DNA from: a virus
Lineage: Duplodnaviria; Caudoviricetes
IMG/VR virus record: IMGVR_UViG_3300020125_000357
Coordinates: 1 to 57,778 of that record
DNA length: 57,778 nucleotides
Strand: one strand, 5' to 3'
The notes beneath the pieces are model-generated. The model ran no database searches, was not told the DNA's origin, and saw only the letters and a program-made list of their open reading frames with translations. A program made the position numbers and the translations under genes. Positions 18,424-29,672 of this stretch are shown here, piece after piece (position 1 is the stretch's first letter; every line of letters starts with the position of its first letter).

Positions 18424-21084
18424 ATGAAAAAGAATAACGCTATTGCAATAATTGGTTATATTGCCGTCATACTAGCCCCTATAATGGGTCTTACAGGTGT
18501 TATTATGGCAATTGTATTAATATGTAAGGGGTCCCGCTTTAGACAGGCTATAGGAGTCTTAATTACAGGATTAATTTCATGGTTGTTAAGTCTCGCATTT
18601 TATACTCCTGGAGATTTAATATATACCATATTCATGCCAGCATTATTAACTTCTACAGTCAGTGCTATATTTCATGTTCTTACTATGGAGGATAAATGAA
18701 TAGACCTATAACTAATGTGGTTTTTAAAGGTGCTGATTTTTCTATTCATTTAGATAATTATACAAAAATAATTGAAGAAACCGATTTTATAAAAGTTTAC
18801 ACTGAATGTTTTCTATATATGGGTGGCGTAAATGAAGGTGTAATAGATTATAATAAACAATGTTTTAGAGAGATGCTGAAAGATACTATAGAAATTGGAT
18901 TTTCTGATGGAACTACCGAAGGATATTTCCCATATTTTAAAGATTTAAAACATATTTATACTGATGATTTGGAGATTAATTTAGATAAAGATAAATATTT
19001 GAAATTTAAAGTCATGGCAGTTTTTAGGAATAAAGAATAATGGATTTTCCCGAAATTAATGATATTTTATATACACACTGTGAAAAATGTGATATTTCTG
19101 GTACTTTTCGATGTGTAGGATATACGGTAAATCCACTGTATAATAGTCTGCAATATTTAACTAAACCTGAAAAATTTTTAAATAAGGCTGTATATCAATG
19201 TAATAATTGTGCTTTTTTATTAGAAAATCCTATATCTGGATTTGAATTTGCCCAGTTACCTTTTCCAGCTTAAAGCTTTTAAGAATAAAAAATGACTAAT
19301 AAAGAATTACAAGAACGATTAAAAAAATATCCTGATAATATAGAAATTGTATTTTCTCAATGTGGTTATCGATTAGATCAATTTGAACCATTGGAAATTG
19401 AAGATGTGGTAGATGATTTCTTAGATTTAAAATTAGATAATTTACCTAAAAATGTAATTGTTTTAACCCAATATATTTGGGATGATGATTGTAGGAAAGA
19501 GTATGATTTATAAAGTATTTCAAAAACATAAAGATATTTTAGATAAGATGCCATGTGATTTATTTCGCAGAATCTATCTTAGAAATATTTATGAGAAAAA
19601 TGCTAAACACTTTTTAACTGTAATAGATAATAAAGTAGAAAGTTTTCGATTCGAAATGTTGGCATATAAGCTTAATAGGGAAATATGGGCAGGCATTAAT
19701 GGTAATCGTATCCCTTTAGTTATAGAAGTTTATGGATGATTAATGAGATAAAAGAATTTATAGAAGAAGAATACCAAAAAGGTACAATTAAGAATTATAA
19801 ATATGATAGAATATCAAATACACTTAGTGTGCAAATGTTTCCAGAGCTAGAAGACTGTGAAATAAATATTAATTTAACTACAAAGGACCTAGAAAATGGC
19901 TAAAAACAAAGAAATAATAAATGAAGGTAATTCAAGTAATATTGAGGATGATGGCAATACTATTATACAAGGAACTAAAGCTCCAGAACCAAAGACAATA
20001 CAAACTTTTGCAGAAGTTAAAACTCCAAAGATTGAAGAAATTATGTCCGTAACTTCCTTAGATGTAAATAAATCATTACCAACTGATTATAAATTTGCTG
20101 TTGGTGATGATGTTGAGGTGCATGGACTGGAAGAATGTAGACGTGAGCATATAATTGGTAAAGTTAGTAAATTACTTGATAGTTATACTTATGCCTTAGA
20201 AGGTCATTCATATCCATTAAATAAACATTCAATTAATCGTATTGGTAAAGTTGCTAGAACTTATAAAGAAGCTAATTTAAGAAAGATTATACTTAGGCAT
20301 CAATGAAATCTAAATTTGTTAAAATAATTTGTGCTGCCTGCAAGGGATTAGGGCATTTTAAGAAAAAAGATTGTTCAAAATGCCTTGGAAAAGGTTATTT
20401 ATTTGAAAAAGATAATTCATGGATACAATTATAAATGATTAATAAAAACAATAATTTATATGGAAAAATGAAGATACTTTATAATAAATATCCTCTTACT
20501 ACACATAAATTTAGAAAATTATACTATAAATCCTATTTATATAGGAATCTTATTGATTATCTTTATGCAATTATTCTTAATGAACCATTATATCAAGAAT
20601 ATAGATCAATTATACCAACCTTGGAATTAATGGATAGTAGTGCGTTTGAATTACTCTGTCAGCTAGAAAAGATTGATAAATTAGACTCTTTAGTTAATTT
20701 AATTAAAATGTCGTCAAAATAATGCGTATCGAATTAGCTCAATACAAAGGTTATCTAGATGGAAATTTTTTATTTAGAATTGAAAAATTTAAAACAAATG
20801 TTATTCTTAAACCTTATGAAATAACTGTAGTTGATATACCACTTGTTGATTTAATTAAATATATGCAAAAAGATATTGGTAGATCATATAAATTAGCTTT
20901 ATTTTGGGATAGTCATGGTTATTATGTAAATAAAAATAAAGATAATGGATATGATCTTTATGATGCTTTAACTCATATTAATACAGGTACAAGCTATGAA
21001 ACTTTTGAAGCTATTCCAGATAAATATATGTTTAAATCTGTACAAAAATATCAACGTAAACTTTTATTAGCAAAAATTTCCTAA
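18424..21084 (+). other. Hypothetical ORFs (18424-18699 membrane; 18696-19040; 19040-19273 Zn finger; 19292-19513; 19482-19739; 19896-20306 SH3-like; 20303-20434 CxxCxGxG Zn finger; 20435-20722; 20722-21084)
   Basis: Co-oriented coupled ORFs; motifs read from translation. Confidence 0.65.
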
Positions 21085-22382
21085 TGTTCGATTTAAAATT
21101 CCCAATCAAAACAAACGACGATGAACTTACTGAATCTGATATAAATAAATTTGATACACTTATTGATTCAATCGTAATTACTGATACTTATATTCAATAT
21201 GAAGGACACGCTAAACGATTAAATCAAAATGATCCTTATTATACCATTATGAATACTCAAACATGGAATAAGAAGAAAAAAGTTAAATATGAAAAATATA
21301 TCAGAATGAAATTTAAAAATCCTGAATCATTTAATGAATTTTGTTATACCAGAAAACCAATACAAGTATATCAAGGACATCCTAAAAAATTATCTTTTTC
21401 TAATAATTCAGAATTTAATATTATATTCATTCGTAACGGTATTCATATAGATGCTTATGGATATGATGATAAACCAAGATCAAGACAAATAAAATATATT
21501 GCGAGTTCTTCTAATAATAAAAAAACTTTTAATGATAGTATAATTGCCTATTTAAGATATTATAGTCATCTTTCTACCATTGTGGGTATTTCGGATAATT
21601 ATATACTAAAAATTCTTAATACAGAATTAAATAAAGGATATTTAATTTATGACGGTAAAATTAAACAAATATCTAATGATCCTGACACTTTTTGTCTTGC
21701 ATATTTCCCCTTAGATCATTTAACTAAAAATAAACAAAAAACTCCTGCATGGGATTTATTCTTATCCCAATTTGATAACGATCACGATCGTAAATTATTT
21801 AGAGCATGGGTATTTGGAATATTTGTCGAAAATGATTTTAATCGCCAAATTCTATGGGTAGAGGGTGAAGGATACACTGGAAAATCTACTGTTGCTAGTA
21901 CAATTGGTGAAATTTTAGCTAATTATAATCATCATTTATTTAATAGTATTAAAATTGATTCAGAAAATAATAAAATTAATTTAGCTAATTTTGATAAATG
22001 CAGATTTGCTGTATTCTCTAATTTATCAATAAAATCCAATTTATTGCATCGTGAAGAAATTCTTTTACTTACTGGGAATGATTACACAACAGTAAAAAAA
22101 CTGTATCATGACCCAGAAAATAAGAAACTTTTTTCTAAAATTATGATAAATAGTAACTTTCCCCCCATATATAATGATAAAATAATCCATGAAGCAACAC
22201 GAATGATACATTTAAAAATGAATCCCAATAATGTAAAATTAGCTAGAACTCAATGGGGAGAACATAAATTATCATTTAATGAACGTTTAAAAAATGAATT
22301 TGAAGATTTTATGGGAAAAGCCTGCACCGACTATAAAAAATTAATGCAATCAAATGGTTTATTAAAAATAAGCCCTACATAG
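21084..22382 (+). CDS. D5/P4-type SF3 helicase-like ATPase
   Basis: Walker A GEGYTGKST, KIMINSNFPP motif C, LTGND..VKKLY. Confidence 0.75.
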   Translation: MFDLKFPIKTNDDELTESDINKFDTLIDSIVITDTYIQYEGHAKRLNQNDPYYTIMNTQTWNKKKKVKYEKYIRMKFKNPESFNEFCYTRKPIQVYQGHPKKLSFSNNSEFNIIFIRNGIHIDAYGYDDKPRSRQIKYIASSSNNKKTFNDSIIAYLRYYSHLSTIVGISDNYILKILNTELNKGYLIYDGKIKQISNDPDTFCLAYFPLDHLTKNKQKTPAWDLFLSQFDNDHDRKLFRAWVFGIFVENDFNRQILWVEGEGYTGKSTVASTIGEILANYNHHLFNSIKIDSENNKINLANFDKCRFAVFSNLSIKSNLLHREEILLLTGNDYTTVKKLYHDPENKKLFSKIMINSNFPPIYNDKIIHEATRMIHLKMNPNNVKLARTQWGEHKLSFNERLKNEFEDFMGKACTDYKKLMQSNGLLKISPT

Positions 22383-22466
22383 GAAGCAAATACATAGAGC
22401 TTACAATCATCAATTATCCGCGTGAACGAACATTGATAACAGTATTATACAATATGGAAGTTATCA

Positions 22467-22931
22467 ATGGAAACAAATTTAAGTACAACCAATAAACCCA
22501 AAACAAAAATTATTACTGAATATAAGCCAGAGTATTGTGATCTCTATATCGAATACGCTAATACTTATCTTAATCCTAATGGCTTTTGGGGTGAACATAA
22601 TATTGATGAATCTGTAAAAGAAACATGGATTAAGCAATATCCTGAATTTGGTCAAGTCATTAATTTAATTCCAAATATTACTACAAATAAAATAAATCAT
22701 TCCTTAAAAGCATTAATGGAAAATGCCGCAGAAATGCGGGATACTAGATTAATGAGTCAAGTTTTATTAAAAATTGTAGATATGCAATTTAGGAATGATA
22801 AAGAAAGTGGAGAGATAAAAGATCGAGCTAAAACTAATAAAATGGCTAGAGAAAAAGGAGATTTATCTATTGATCCATTTAATGAAGAAATTGTGAGAGA
22901 TGTATTGGCTAAAAAAAATTTATTAGGTTAA
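22467..22931 (+). CDS. terS: Terminase small subunit (putative)
   Basis: TEYKPEYC...TWIKQYPEF pattern typical of P22 gp3-like TerS; upstream of TerL. Confidence 0.65.
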   Translation: METNLSTTNKPKTKIITEYKPEYCDLYIEYANTYLNPNGFWGEHNIDESVKETWIKQYPEFGQVINLIPNITTNKINHSLKALMENAAEMRDTRLMSQVLLKIVDMQFRNDKESGEIKDRAKTNKMAREKGDLSIDPFNEEIVRDVLAKKNLLG

Positions 22932-22934
22932 TAA

Positions 22935-23330
22935 ATGATTTTAACTTTTGATTATCCTAGATATAGGAATAATATTGATGATCGGCGCTTGTGGAGCGAG
23001 ATTAATACTAGTCTTATTTTTGAACAAAAAAAATATGATTTAACTAATACCATAGTTGTAATTACAGTTTTTAAAAGAAAAAATTTAATGTATCCGACAA
23101 GAACATTAAAATATAATTTAGAACATAGAATTGATAATAATAAAAGAAGATATTTTAGTATTAATCAATTAGAAAATATTGTGATTATGATATTAAATCG
23201 ATCTAATATTAAATATAAAATTCATAAATTATTTTATAGAGAAAAACATATTTATGATAAATCTAAAATACAACTAGAATTTTTATTAGGAAAAGATAAT
23301 GCCAGTCCCAGTAATAAAAAAAGAAGCTGA
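22935..23330 (+). CDS. Hypothetical protein
   Basis: ORF only. Confidence 0.55.
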   Translation: MILTFDYPRYRNNIDDRRLWSEINTSLIFEQKKYDLTNTIVVITVFKRKNLMYPTRTLKYNLEHRIDNNKRRYFSINQLENIVIMILNRSNIKYKIHKLFYREKHIYDKSKIQLEFLLGKDNASPSNKKRS

Positions 23331-23466
23331 AAAACACGGAGTTTCAAAAGAGCCGGCTGAATCTAAATGGGAAGAAGCTAAAAAACAGGCTGCTAAAGAG
23401 GGTTTTGCAGAAGATTGGGCATATATTATGTCAATATTTAAAAACATGATGAAAGATAAAAAATGA
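23299..23466 (+). CDS. 55-aa helical phage protein (ChaB-like pattern)
   Basis: MPVPVIKKEAEKHG...KWEEAKKQA...WAYIMSIFK; AGGA RBS; not in the ORF track. Confidence 0.55.
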   Translation: MPVPVIKKEAEKHGVSKEPAESKWEEAKKQAAKEGFAEDWAYIMSIFKNMMKDKK

Positions 23467-23623
23467 AATATGCCGTTTTTAAAATTGAAACAAATGAATT
23501 TATGGGATTTTCAGAATTTATTGATGCTCAACGTGCAATTTATCAAAAATGTATCTTTTATGAAATTGATTATAAACCTACTTTTCTACATAGAATAAAA
23601 TTTTTATTTACAGGAAAATTATA

Positions 23624-23899
23624 ATGCTACCTCCAATGTATACATTACAAGCAGCCCTTATAGGACTCTCAGATCCAACTCCTACAATAAATTTGGCAAA
23701 TGGAGTAATTGCGCAATTAACAAGATATGAATATTATCTTCCATATATTAATGATGTTAACCCCCAATTAAATGTACCAATTTTATATTTTAATATTATA
23801 ACGCAGGCTATAACAATTGGTGATACTTCAGATATTGGAATTACTAATTCTGATATATTTAGTGCTACTGATTGGATTGTTTTAAATGCAGTTTACTAA
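23624..23899 (+). CDS. Hypothetical protein coupled to TerL
   Basis: TAATG overlap with the TerL start. Confidence 0.6.
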   Translation: MLPPMYTLQAALIGLSDPTPTINLANGVIAQLTRYEYYLPYINDVNPQLNVPILYFNIITQAITIGDTSDIGITNSDIFSATDWIVLNAVY

Positions 23900-26658
23900 T
23901 GATTAATTATAATAGATTAGCAGAATTAATTAAAAAAAAAGATAGTGGATCTCCATTAACTCATTTTGAATTACAAGAATTTGCTGATTTAACTCGTGAA
24001 ATAAAAACAAAGGATTATTTATCTTTTTGTAAATCTATGCGGCCTACGTATAAGTGGGCATGGTTTCATGAATATATAATATCTTGTATCGATTCTGCCA
24101 TTGAAAATAAAAGAGGTAGATTCATTGGTAAAATGCCTCAACAGCATGGAAAAGCTCTAAAAAATGGTTCATTGATAAAAGTTATAAATGGCTGGAAAAA
24201 AATTGAAGAATTAGTAATTGGTGATATTGTCGATAATGCGTGCGGTGGTTATACAGAAGTTATTGGCATTTATCCTCAAGGAATTAAACAATTATATAAA
24301 ATTACATTTGAAGATAATAGATCTATTGAATGTTGTAGTGAACATTTATGGCAAATACATAGTAGTAAATGGAGGAGTGAAAAGAAACGGATATTAAATA
24401 CAGAAGAAATTATTAGATTGAGTAAATTAAATAATTATTCAAAAAATTTATATATCCCAAGATATATTCCAGTAAAAGATAAAGATATATCACTTCTCAT
24501 TGAGCCTTATTTATTCGGCGTATTATTGGGTGATGGCAGTTTTAGTAAAAGTATAAAAATAACGTCTGCTGATAAATATATTATTGATAAATGTAATCAA
24601 AGTCTATCTAGTTTAAATATGGATTTAACTCATTATGAAAAATATGATTATGGTGTTAAAAATATCAAACAAAATTTAATTGATTCAAAAGGTCGTCCAA
24701 GAACAAGAATGCATAAAAATATAATTAAAGATAACATAGTTTTAATGGGTTTATTACATAAACAATCCCATGAAAAATTTATTCCAGAAATATATTTTGA
24801 AGGTTCCTATGATCAAAGATTAAAATTAATTCAAGGATTAATGGATACAGATGGAACTATAGGTAAACAAAGTACTATTAATTTTACAACTACAAGTCCA
24901 CAGTTAGCATTAGACATGCAAAAATTAATTAGATCTATTGGGGGATTAGCCCAAATAAAAATCAAACAATCTTTTTTTAAATATAAGGGTGAAAAGAAAA
25001 AGGGAAGACTAGCATACACAGTTAATATAAGAATGGCAGATCAAACATTATTATTTAGTTTACCTAGAAAATTAGAAAGATGTAAAGCTATTCATAGAAG
25101 AAGTAAAGCAAATAAATACATACGTATTAAAAACATAGAACTTAGTGGATTTGATAATGCTACTTGTATTTCTGTAGCTGATCCTAATCATTTATTTGTT
25201 ACGGATGATTATATAGTTACCCATAATACTGAATTGTTTGGCCGTATGCCAGTACCTTATATTTTTGGTAAATACCCTGAATGGAAAATAATATATATTA
25301 CATTTAGTGATGATAGAGCCAAAGAAGTATCTGGAGATATTTTAAATATTATTGCTAGTGATGAATATAATAAATTATTTCCTCAAGTAATATTAAAAGA
25401 TAGAATTGTAGACGATGTTAGAACAGCACAAAAAAGACGTAATAAATTATCAATTAATAATTTTACTAATGTAAATAGTAAACGTGGTGAATTTAAAGCG
25501 GTAGGTATAGAAGGATCAACATCTGGCTATGATGCAAATTTGATTATATTAGATGATTTTTTTAGTGGGCCAGTAGAATATAATAGCCCAACTATTAGAG
25601 AAAAACGTTGGAAAATATTTACAGAAAATATTCTAAAACGTCAACAAAAAGATACCATAATTTTAGTAATGTCTACTCATTGGCATAAAGATGACATTAT
25701 TGGTAGACTTGAGGAATATATAAAAATAAAAGATCCTTTAGCACCAGATTGGCAAGTAATTGAATTTAATGCCCAAAAAGATGAAAGAGATTACCCATAT
25801 GATCCTAGGCAAATAGGTGAATATTTATGGCCAGAAGAAAGATTAGATGTATATCTTGAAGGTAAAATTATTGATCCCATAGGATGGCAAACTACTTATC
25901 AAAATATGCCAATGAGTTCAAGTGGAACTATTTTTGATGCAACATCATTTAGATATTATGATGAGTCTCCTAATGTTGAAAATTTACGCATAATTATTAG
26001 CGTAGATCCTAATTATAAAAAAGCAGCTAAAAAAGGTGATGATTGTGCAATTGTAGTATTAGGATTTGATTCAGATAAAGTTTATTTATTAGATTATTCA
26101 GCAATCAATAAAGTTGATATTATGGATAATATTAATAGGATTAATATTTTTAGACAAAAATATCCTAATTATTATGCCATATTAGTTGAGGATGCAGCAC
26201 AAGGTGAAGATATTGTTACCTTAATGCAATATGAGGGCGTTAGTAAGCTTAATAAGTTTATTCCCCAAGGCTTTAATAAAGGTGAAAATGGTAAATTATT
26301 TCGTGCACAAAATATGATTCCTTATTGCAGAGCAGGACAATTTCATTTACCTTCACCACGAATATATCCATCTATACAACTATATATCAATCAATTTTTG
26401 GAATTTACAGGATTTGATAATGGAAAAGACGATTGTGTGGATGCAACATCACAGGCATTTATTGAATATAAATATTTATTAGAACCTATTAAATTATCAA
26501 GAATTGATTATTCGATTAAAAATGAATTTAATTTAGGTAGAGGATTAACAAAACTTAATAATCCTTTTATAGGAAACAATTATGAGCAAAAAAACACGTT
26601 CCCAACCCAAAGTATCCGTAACACAAAAACCTTTGGTTCAATTAGGCGCATTAGATAA
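23899..26658 (+). CDS. terL: Terminase large subunit (intein-containing)
   Basis: Walker A MPQQHGK|T split by intein, Walker B LIILDD, nuclease SVDP...DD...DDCVDA. Confidence 0.93.
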   Translation: MINYNRLAELIKKKDSGSPLTHFELQEFADLTREIKTKDYLSFCKSMRPTYKWAWFHEYIISCIDSAIENKRGRFIGKMPQQHGKALKNGSLIKVINGWKKIEELVIGDIVDNACGGYTEVIGIYPQGIKQLYKITFEDNRSIECCSEHLWQIHSSKWRSEKKRILNTEEIIRLSKLNNYSKNLYIPRYIPVKDKDISLLIEPYLFGVLLGDGSFSKSIKITSADKYIIDKCNQSLSSLNMDLTHYEKYDYGVKNIKQNLIDSKGRPRTRMHKNIIKDNIVLMGLLHKQSHEKFIPEIYFEGSYDQRLKLIQGLMDTDGTIGKQSTINFTTTSPQLALDMQKLIRSIGGLAQIKIKQSFFKYKGEKKKGRLAYTVNIRMADQTLLFSLPRKLERCKAIHRRSKANKYIRIKNIELSGFDNATCISVADPNHLFVTDDYIVTHNTELFGRMPVPYIFGKYPEWKIIYITFSDDRAKEVSGDILNIIASDEYNKLFPQVILKDRIVDDVRTAQKRRNKLSINNFTNVNSKRGEFKAVGIEGSTSGYDANLIILDDFFSGPVEYNSPTIREKRWKIFTENILKRQQKDTIILVMSTHWHKDDIIGRLEEYIKIKDPLAPDWQVIEFNAQKDERDYPYDPRQIGEYLWPEERLDVYLEGKIIDPIGWQTTYQNMPMSSSGTIFDATSFRYYDESPNVENLRIIISVDPNYKKAAKKGDDCAIVVLGFDSDKVYLLDYSAINKVDIMDNINRINIFRQKYPNYYAILVEDAAQGEDIVTLMQYEGVSKLNKFIPQGFNKGENGKLFRAQNMIPYCRAGQFHLPSPRIYPSIQLYINQFLEFTGFDNGKDDCVDATSQAFIEYKYLLEPIKLSRIDYSIKNEFNLGRGLTKLNNPFIGNNYEQKNTFPTQSIRNTKTFGSIRRIR
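24154..25227 (+). mobile_element. Class 3 intein with LAGLIDADG homing endonuclease (358 aa)
   Basis: Begins Ala after GK; EHLW, TCISV, VTHN|T; LFGVLLGDGS and IQGLMDTDGT motifs. Confidence 0.9.
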
Positions 26659-28276
26659 CAAAACACCAAAAATATCTTTGAATGGAACAATAACAATTCC
26701 TGTAAGAAAAAATGTATCTTTTAGGGAACAAATAAAAAATCTAGTTACAGATGGCGAAAAATTATTAGATCAATCAAACAAAGATGTATTTGAAAATTTC
26801 TTAGGAGTTGGTAATTTAGTAAAAGCAAAAAAAGGTACGTCTATCCCTTTTATTTCTACTATTGCAGGTAATTTTTTAGTCAACCCATGTCCAATTAATC
26901 CATCTACATTTAAAAAAATGGTAGATACAGATGATATTATTGCCAGATGTCAAACGTTAATGATTTCCGATATTGTTAATAGAATTGGTGAATATTACCA
27001 TCCTGATAAAAAAATACAAGAATTTGTACGTTATGCCTTTAATTTTTTAAGGGGTGGCAAAGATGAGCTTATACGCAAGATATGTACAGCAATTCATTTT
27101 GGTCATTGGGTAGGAGTCATTGAAGATATAAAAGATAAAAATGGCTATACCTTAATTGAAAATATAAGACATCTTCCTCAAGTATCTATTCAATATACAG
27201 TTGATTTACAAGGTGATATAGAAAATATATGGCAATATGTTTATAATTATCCATATACAGGTACACAAAATGCATTAAGTCTAGGATGGGGATTTGGCGG
27301 ATTTGCTGGTGGTATAGATGGTTGGAATGGTGGAATTGGATTTGGTTTAGATAATGCTGCTTCATTGGGAAGTATGGATTATCCATTTAGAACCAATTTT
27401 ATTAATACTTTTGGATTAGTTCAATTAGAAAGAGAGAAAACTCTACATTTTTCATATGGCGTCACAAATGGAAAGATTAATCCATATGGAGATCCTATTT
27501 TACAAGCTGCTTATCCAATATGGATTAATAAAAATATAGCAAGAATGTTATATCAATCTGCAATGGGTAGATGTGCTAATCCTATGGTTGTAGTATATGC
27601 TGATGCTAGTAAAGCCGTTCATAACTTAGGAAATGGTGATATTAATGCTGTTGATGCAGCTTATGCCTTCATGCAGAATTATACTGAAGATACTGCTGTA
27701 GTATTACCAGGCAGAAAAGGTGAAATGTATGAGATCCAAGTTGTTGCTAATACTGGCAATTTTGATGTATATGAAAAAGCTGGACTTAAATTTGATGCTG
27801 ATTTGGAAAAATTACATTTAGTTCCAGAAGGAATTTTTAGCACTGCTACAACATTTGCGGGAGCAACAGCACAAAATAGTATTTTTACTAAATTGATGGG
27901 TGGAATTGCTGAAGAAATGGTACAACATGTATTATTAAAACAAGTCGTTAAATTTTATATTAAAGAAAATTTTGGTGATCATATCACAGATTTAGGTAAT
28001 TTTGAATCTGAATTACAAAATATCGATGATAAATTAAAATATCAAAAATTATATGAAGGTATGACCAATGATGGATATTTAGATAATACCAATAAAGATG
28101 ATATTCAAAGGGTACGTAAAACTCTTGGTGAACCTACATTAGATGAAGCAGGAGTGAATGCCTTAATCAAACGTAATTTAGAACGAGAAAAAAAAGATAA
28201 AATGAATAATCAAAATAAGACAAATTCAAAAGAAGTAAATGATCATTATACTAAAAGGAGTATTACTGATGTCTAA
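26582..28276 (+). CDS. Portal protein (DUF935/Mu gp29-like)
   Basis: Follows TerL; NPYGDPIL...WINK...RCANP motif; size. Confidence 0.8.
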   Translation: MSKKTRSQPKVSVTQKPLVQLGALDNKTPKISLNGTITIPVRKNVSFREQIKNLVTDGEKLLDQSNKDVFENFLGVGNLVKAKKGTSIPFISTIAGNFLVNPCPINPSTFKKMVDTDDIIARCQTLMISDIVNRIGEYYHPDKKIQEFVRYAFNFLRGGKDELIRKICTAIHFGHWVGVIEDIKDKNGYTLIENIRHLPQVSIQYTVDLQGDIENIWQYVYNYPYTGTQNALSLGWGFGGFAGGIDGWNGGIGFGLDNAASLGSMDYPFRTNFINTFGLVQLEREKTLHFSYGVTNGKINPYGDPILQAAYPIWINKNIARMLYQSAMGRCANPMVVVYADASKAVHNLGNGDINAVDAAYAFMQNYTEDTAVVLPGRKGEMYEIQVVANTGNFDVYEKAGLKFDADLEKLHLVPEGIFSTATTFAGATAQNSIFTKLMGGIAEEMVQHVLLKQVVKFYIKENFGDHITDLGNFESELQNIDDKLKYQKLYEGMTNDGYLDNTNKDDIQRVRKTLGEPTLDEAGVNALIKRNLEREKKDKMNNQNKTNSKEVNDHYTKRSITDV

Positions 28277-29672
28277 TAATATTAAATTAATGAATTGTGG
28301 GCATACGGTTGCTCTAGGTAAAGGTAAAGATGATAATTCTGAATTAGATGTAAGGATTATGGCATTACGTCCTGGTAATTATACAGATATGAACGGAACC
28401 GAAGTTGAAGTAACTGCCGAAGATATTCATAATTTATGCAATACGTATAATCAAGATACAAAAGAATTATTTGAAAAAGATCAAGAATTAACACCTAAGA
28501 TTACAAAAGACGGATTAGATAATTTTGATAATCGTAATGCTCCCAATCAATTAGATCATGATGATGGTACTGTATTAAAAACTGCAGGTCACGTAATTGG
28601 GTTAATGCAAATCGAAGAAATAAAAGGAGAGCCTTATCTATTTTGTACAGTACGCGTTAAGGGTAAAGAAAATGTTGAGCCTGTGAGAGATGGGAGAAGA
28701 CGTAATGTATCATTAGCTTATCAATTGGGTACATGGAAATTTGGTGAAATATCATGGGTTGTAAAAGGAGCTGCCGTAGAAGCTCGTGCAATTTTTGGTA
28801 AACCACAGGTAAAAAAACAGATTATAAATAATGATTTGTCCACGAGTTTTATAGAAAAATTTGCTACAATTCAACAAACTGAAAAAATTTTGCTTGTAAA
28901 ACAACAAGCATTAGAAAATGAATTGATAATTAAAAAACGTTTAATTGCTTTATGTAGAACTGGAAAAATTAATAGGGCAACTGCTGATTATATTGAACAG
29001 GAAATTAAAGATAAAAAAATTAATAATCCTGATGTAATCAAATTAATGGAAACTATTTTACCTACTAAGAAATTTGAACCTGAATATTTTAATTTATTAA
29101 ATAAAGAGGAAATATCAAAAATGACTAATGAACAAAAAGTAGCTCTAAGCGCAACTGATTTTATAGCTGGTTGCGTTGCTTTAAAAAAAACAAAACTTGA
29201 AGAAGATAAACCAGCAGGTGAAACCAAAGAAGAGGATAAAACTGCCGGAAAACCTGATCAAGATGGAGAAAGAAAATATGGTAAATCTCATGCATTAAAG
29301 CATAAAGAAATATTTTCTAAAATGGCAGAAGCCTATGAAAAAGGCGATATGGAATTAGGTAAAAAATATAAGGATATGGGTTGTAAACTAGCTGAAGATG
29401 CGGCTGAAGATAAATTTAATTTATCAGAATATGACGTAGATGAAAAAAGTGAAAAATCTGATGAAGTAAAAAAACTTTCTCAAGAACTTCAAGATACTAA
29501 AATTAAATTGGCATCTTTGAAAGAAGAACAAACTGTAGCTTTAAATAAATTTAAAGATGAACAAATGGTAATGTTAGGTCAATTTACTGATAAATTGAGT
29601 GAAAATTTTAATAATTCTGATGTTAAAGAATTACTTAATAAAATTAAGGTTCAAGAAGAAGGAGTTAAATAA
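28269..29672 (+). CDS. Prohead protease plus scaffold (Mu I/Z-like)
   Basis: LDH...AGHV, RNVS, EISWV..GA protease motifs; charged coiled-coil C-terminus; AGGAG before ATG 28269. Confidence 0.75.
   Translation: MSNNIKLMNCGHTVALGKGKDDNSELDVRIMALRPGNYTDMNGTEVEVTAEDIHNLCNTYNQDTKELFEKDQELTPKITKDGLDNFDNRNAPNQLDHDDGTVLKTAGHVIGLMQIEEIKGEPYLFCTVRVKGKENVEPVRDGRRRNVSLAYQLGTWKFGEISWVVKGAAVEARAIFGKPQVKKQIINNDLSTSFIEKFATIQQTEKILLVKQQALENELIIKKRLIALCRTGKINRATADYIEQEIKDKKINNPDVIKLMETILPTKKFEPEYFNLLNKEEISKMTNEQKVALSATDFIAGCVALKKTKLEEDKPAGETKEEDKTAGKPDQDGERKYGKSHALKHKEIFSKMAEAYEKGDMELGKKYKDMGCKLAEDAAEDKFNLSEYDVDEKSEKSDEVKKLSQELQDTKIKLASLKEEQTVALNKFKDEQMVMLGQFTDKLSENFNNSDVKELLNKIKVQEEGVK
28835..28872 (+). repeat. 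38-bp exact direct repeat copy 1 (candidate late promoter)
   Basis: Identical to 46982-47019; contains TGnTACAAT. Confidence 0.8.
29121..29672 (+). CDS. Nested in-frame scaffold protein (internal start)
   Basis: GAGG RBS before in-frame ATG 29121 (MTNEQKVALS). Confidence 0.5.
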   Translation: MTNEQKVALSATDFIAGCVALKKTKLEEDKPAGETKEEDKTAGKPDQDGERKYGKSHALKHKEIFSKMAEAYEKGDMELGKKYKDMGCKLAEDAAEDKFNLSEYDVDEKSEKSDEVKKLSQELQDTKIKLASLKEEQTVALNKFKDEQMVMLGQFTDKLSENFNNSDVKELLNKIKVQEEGVK

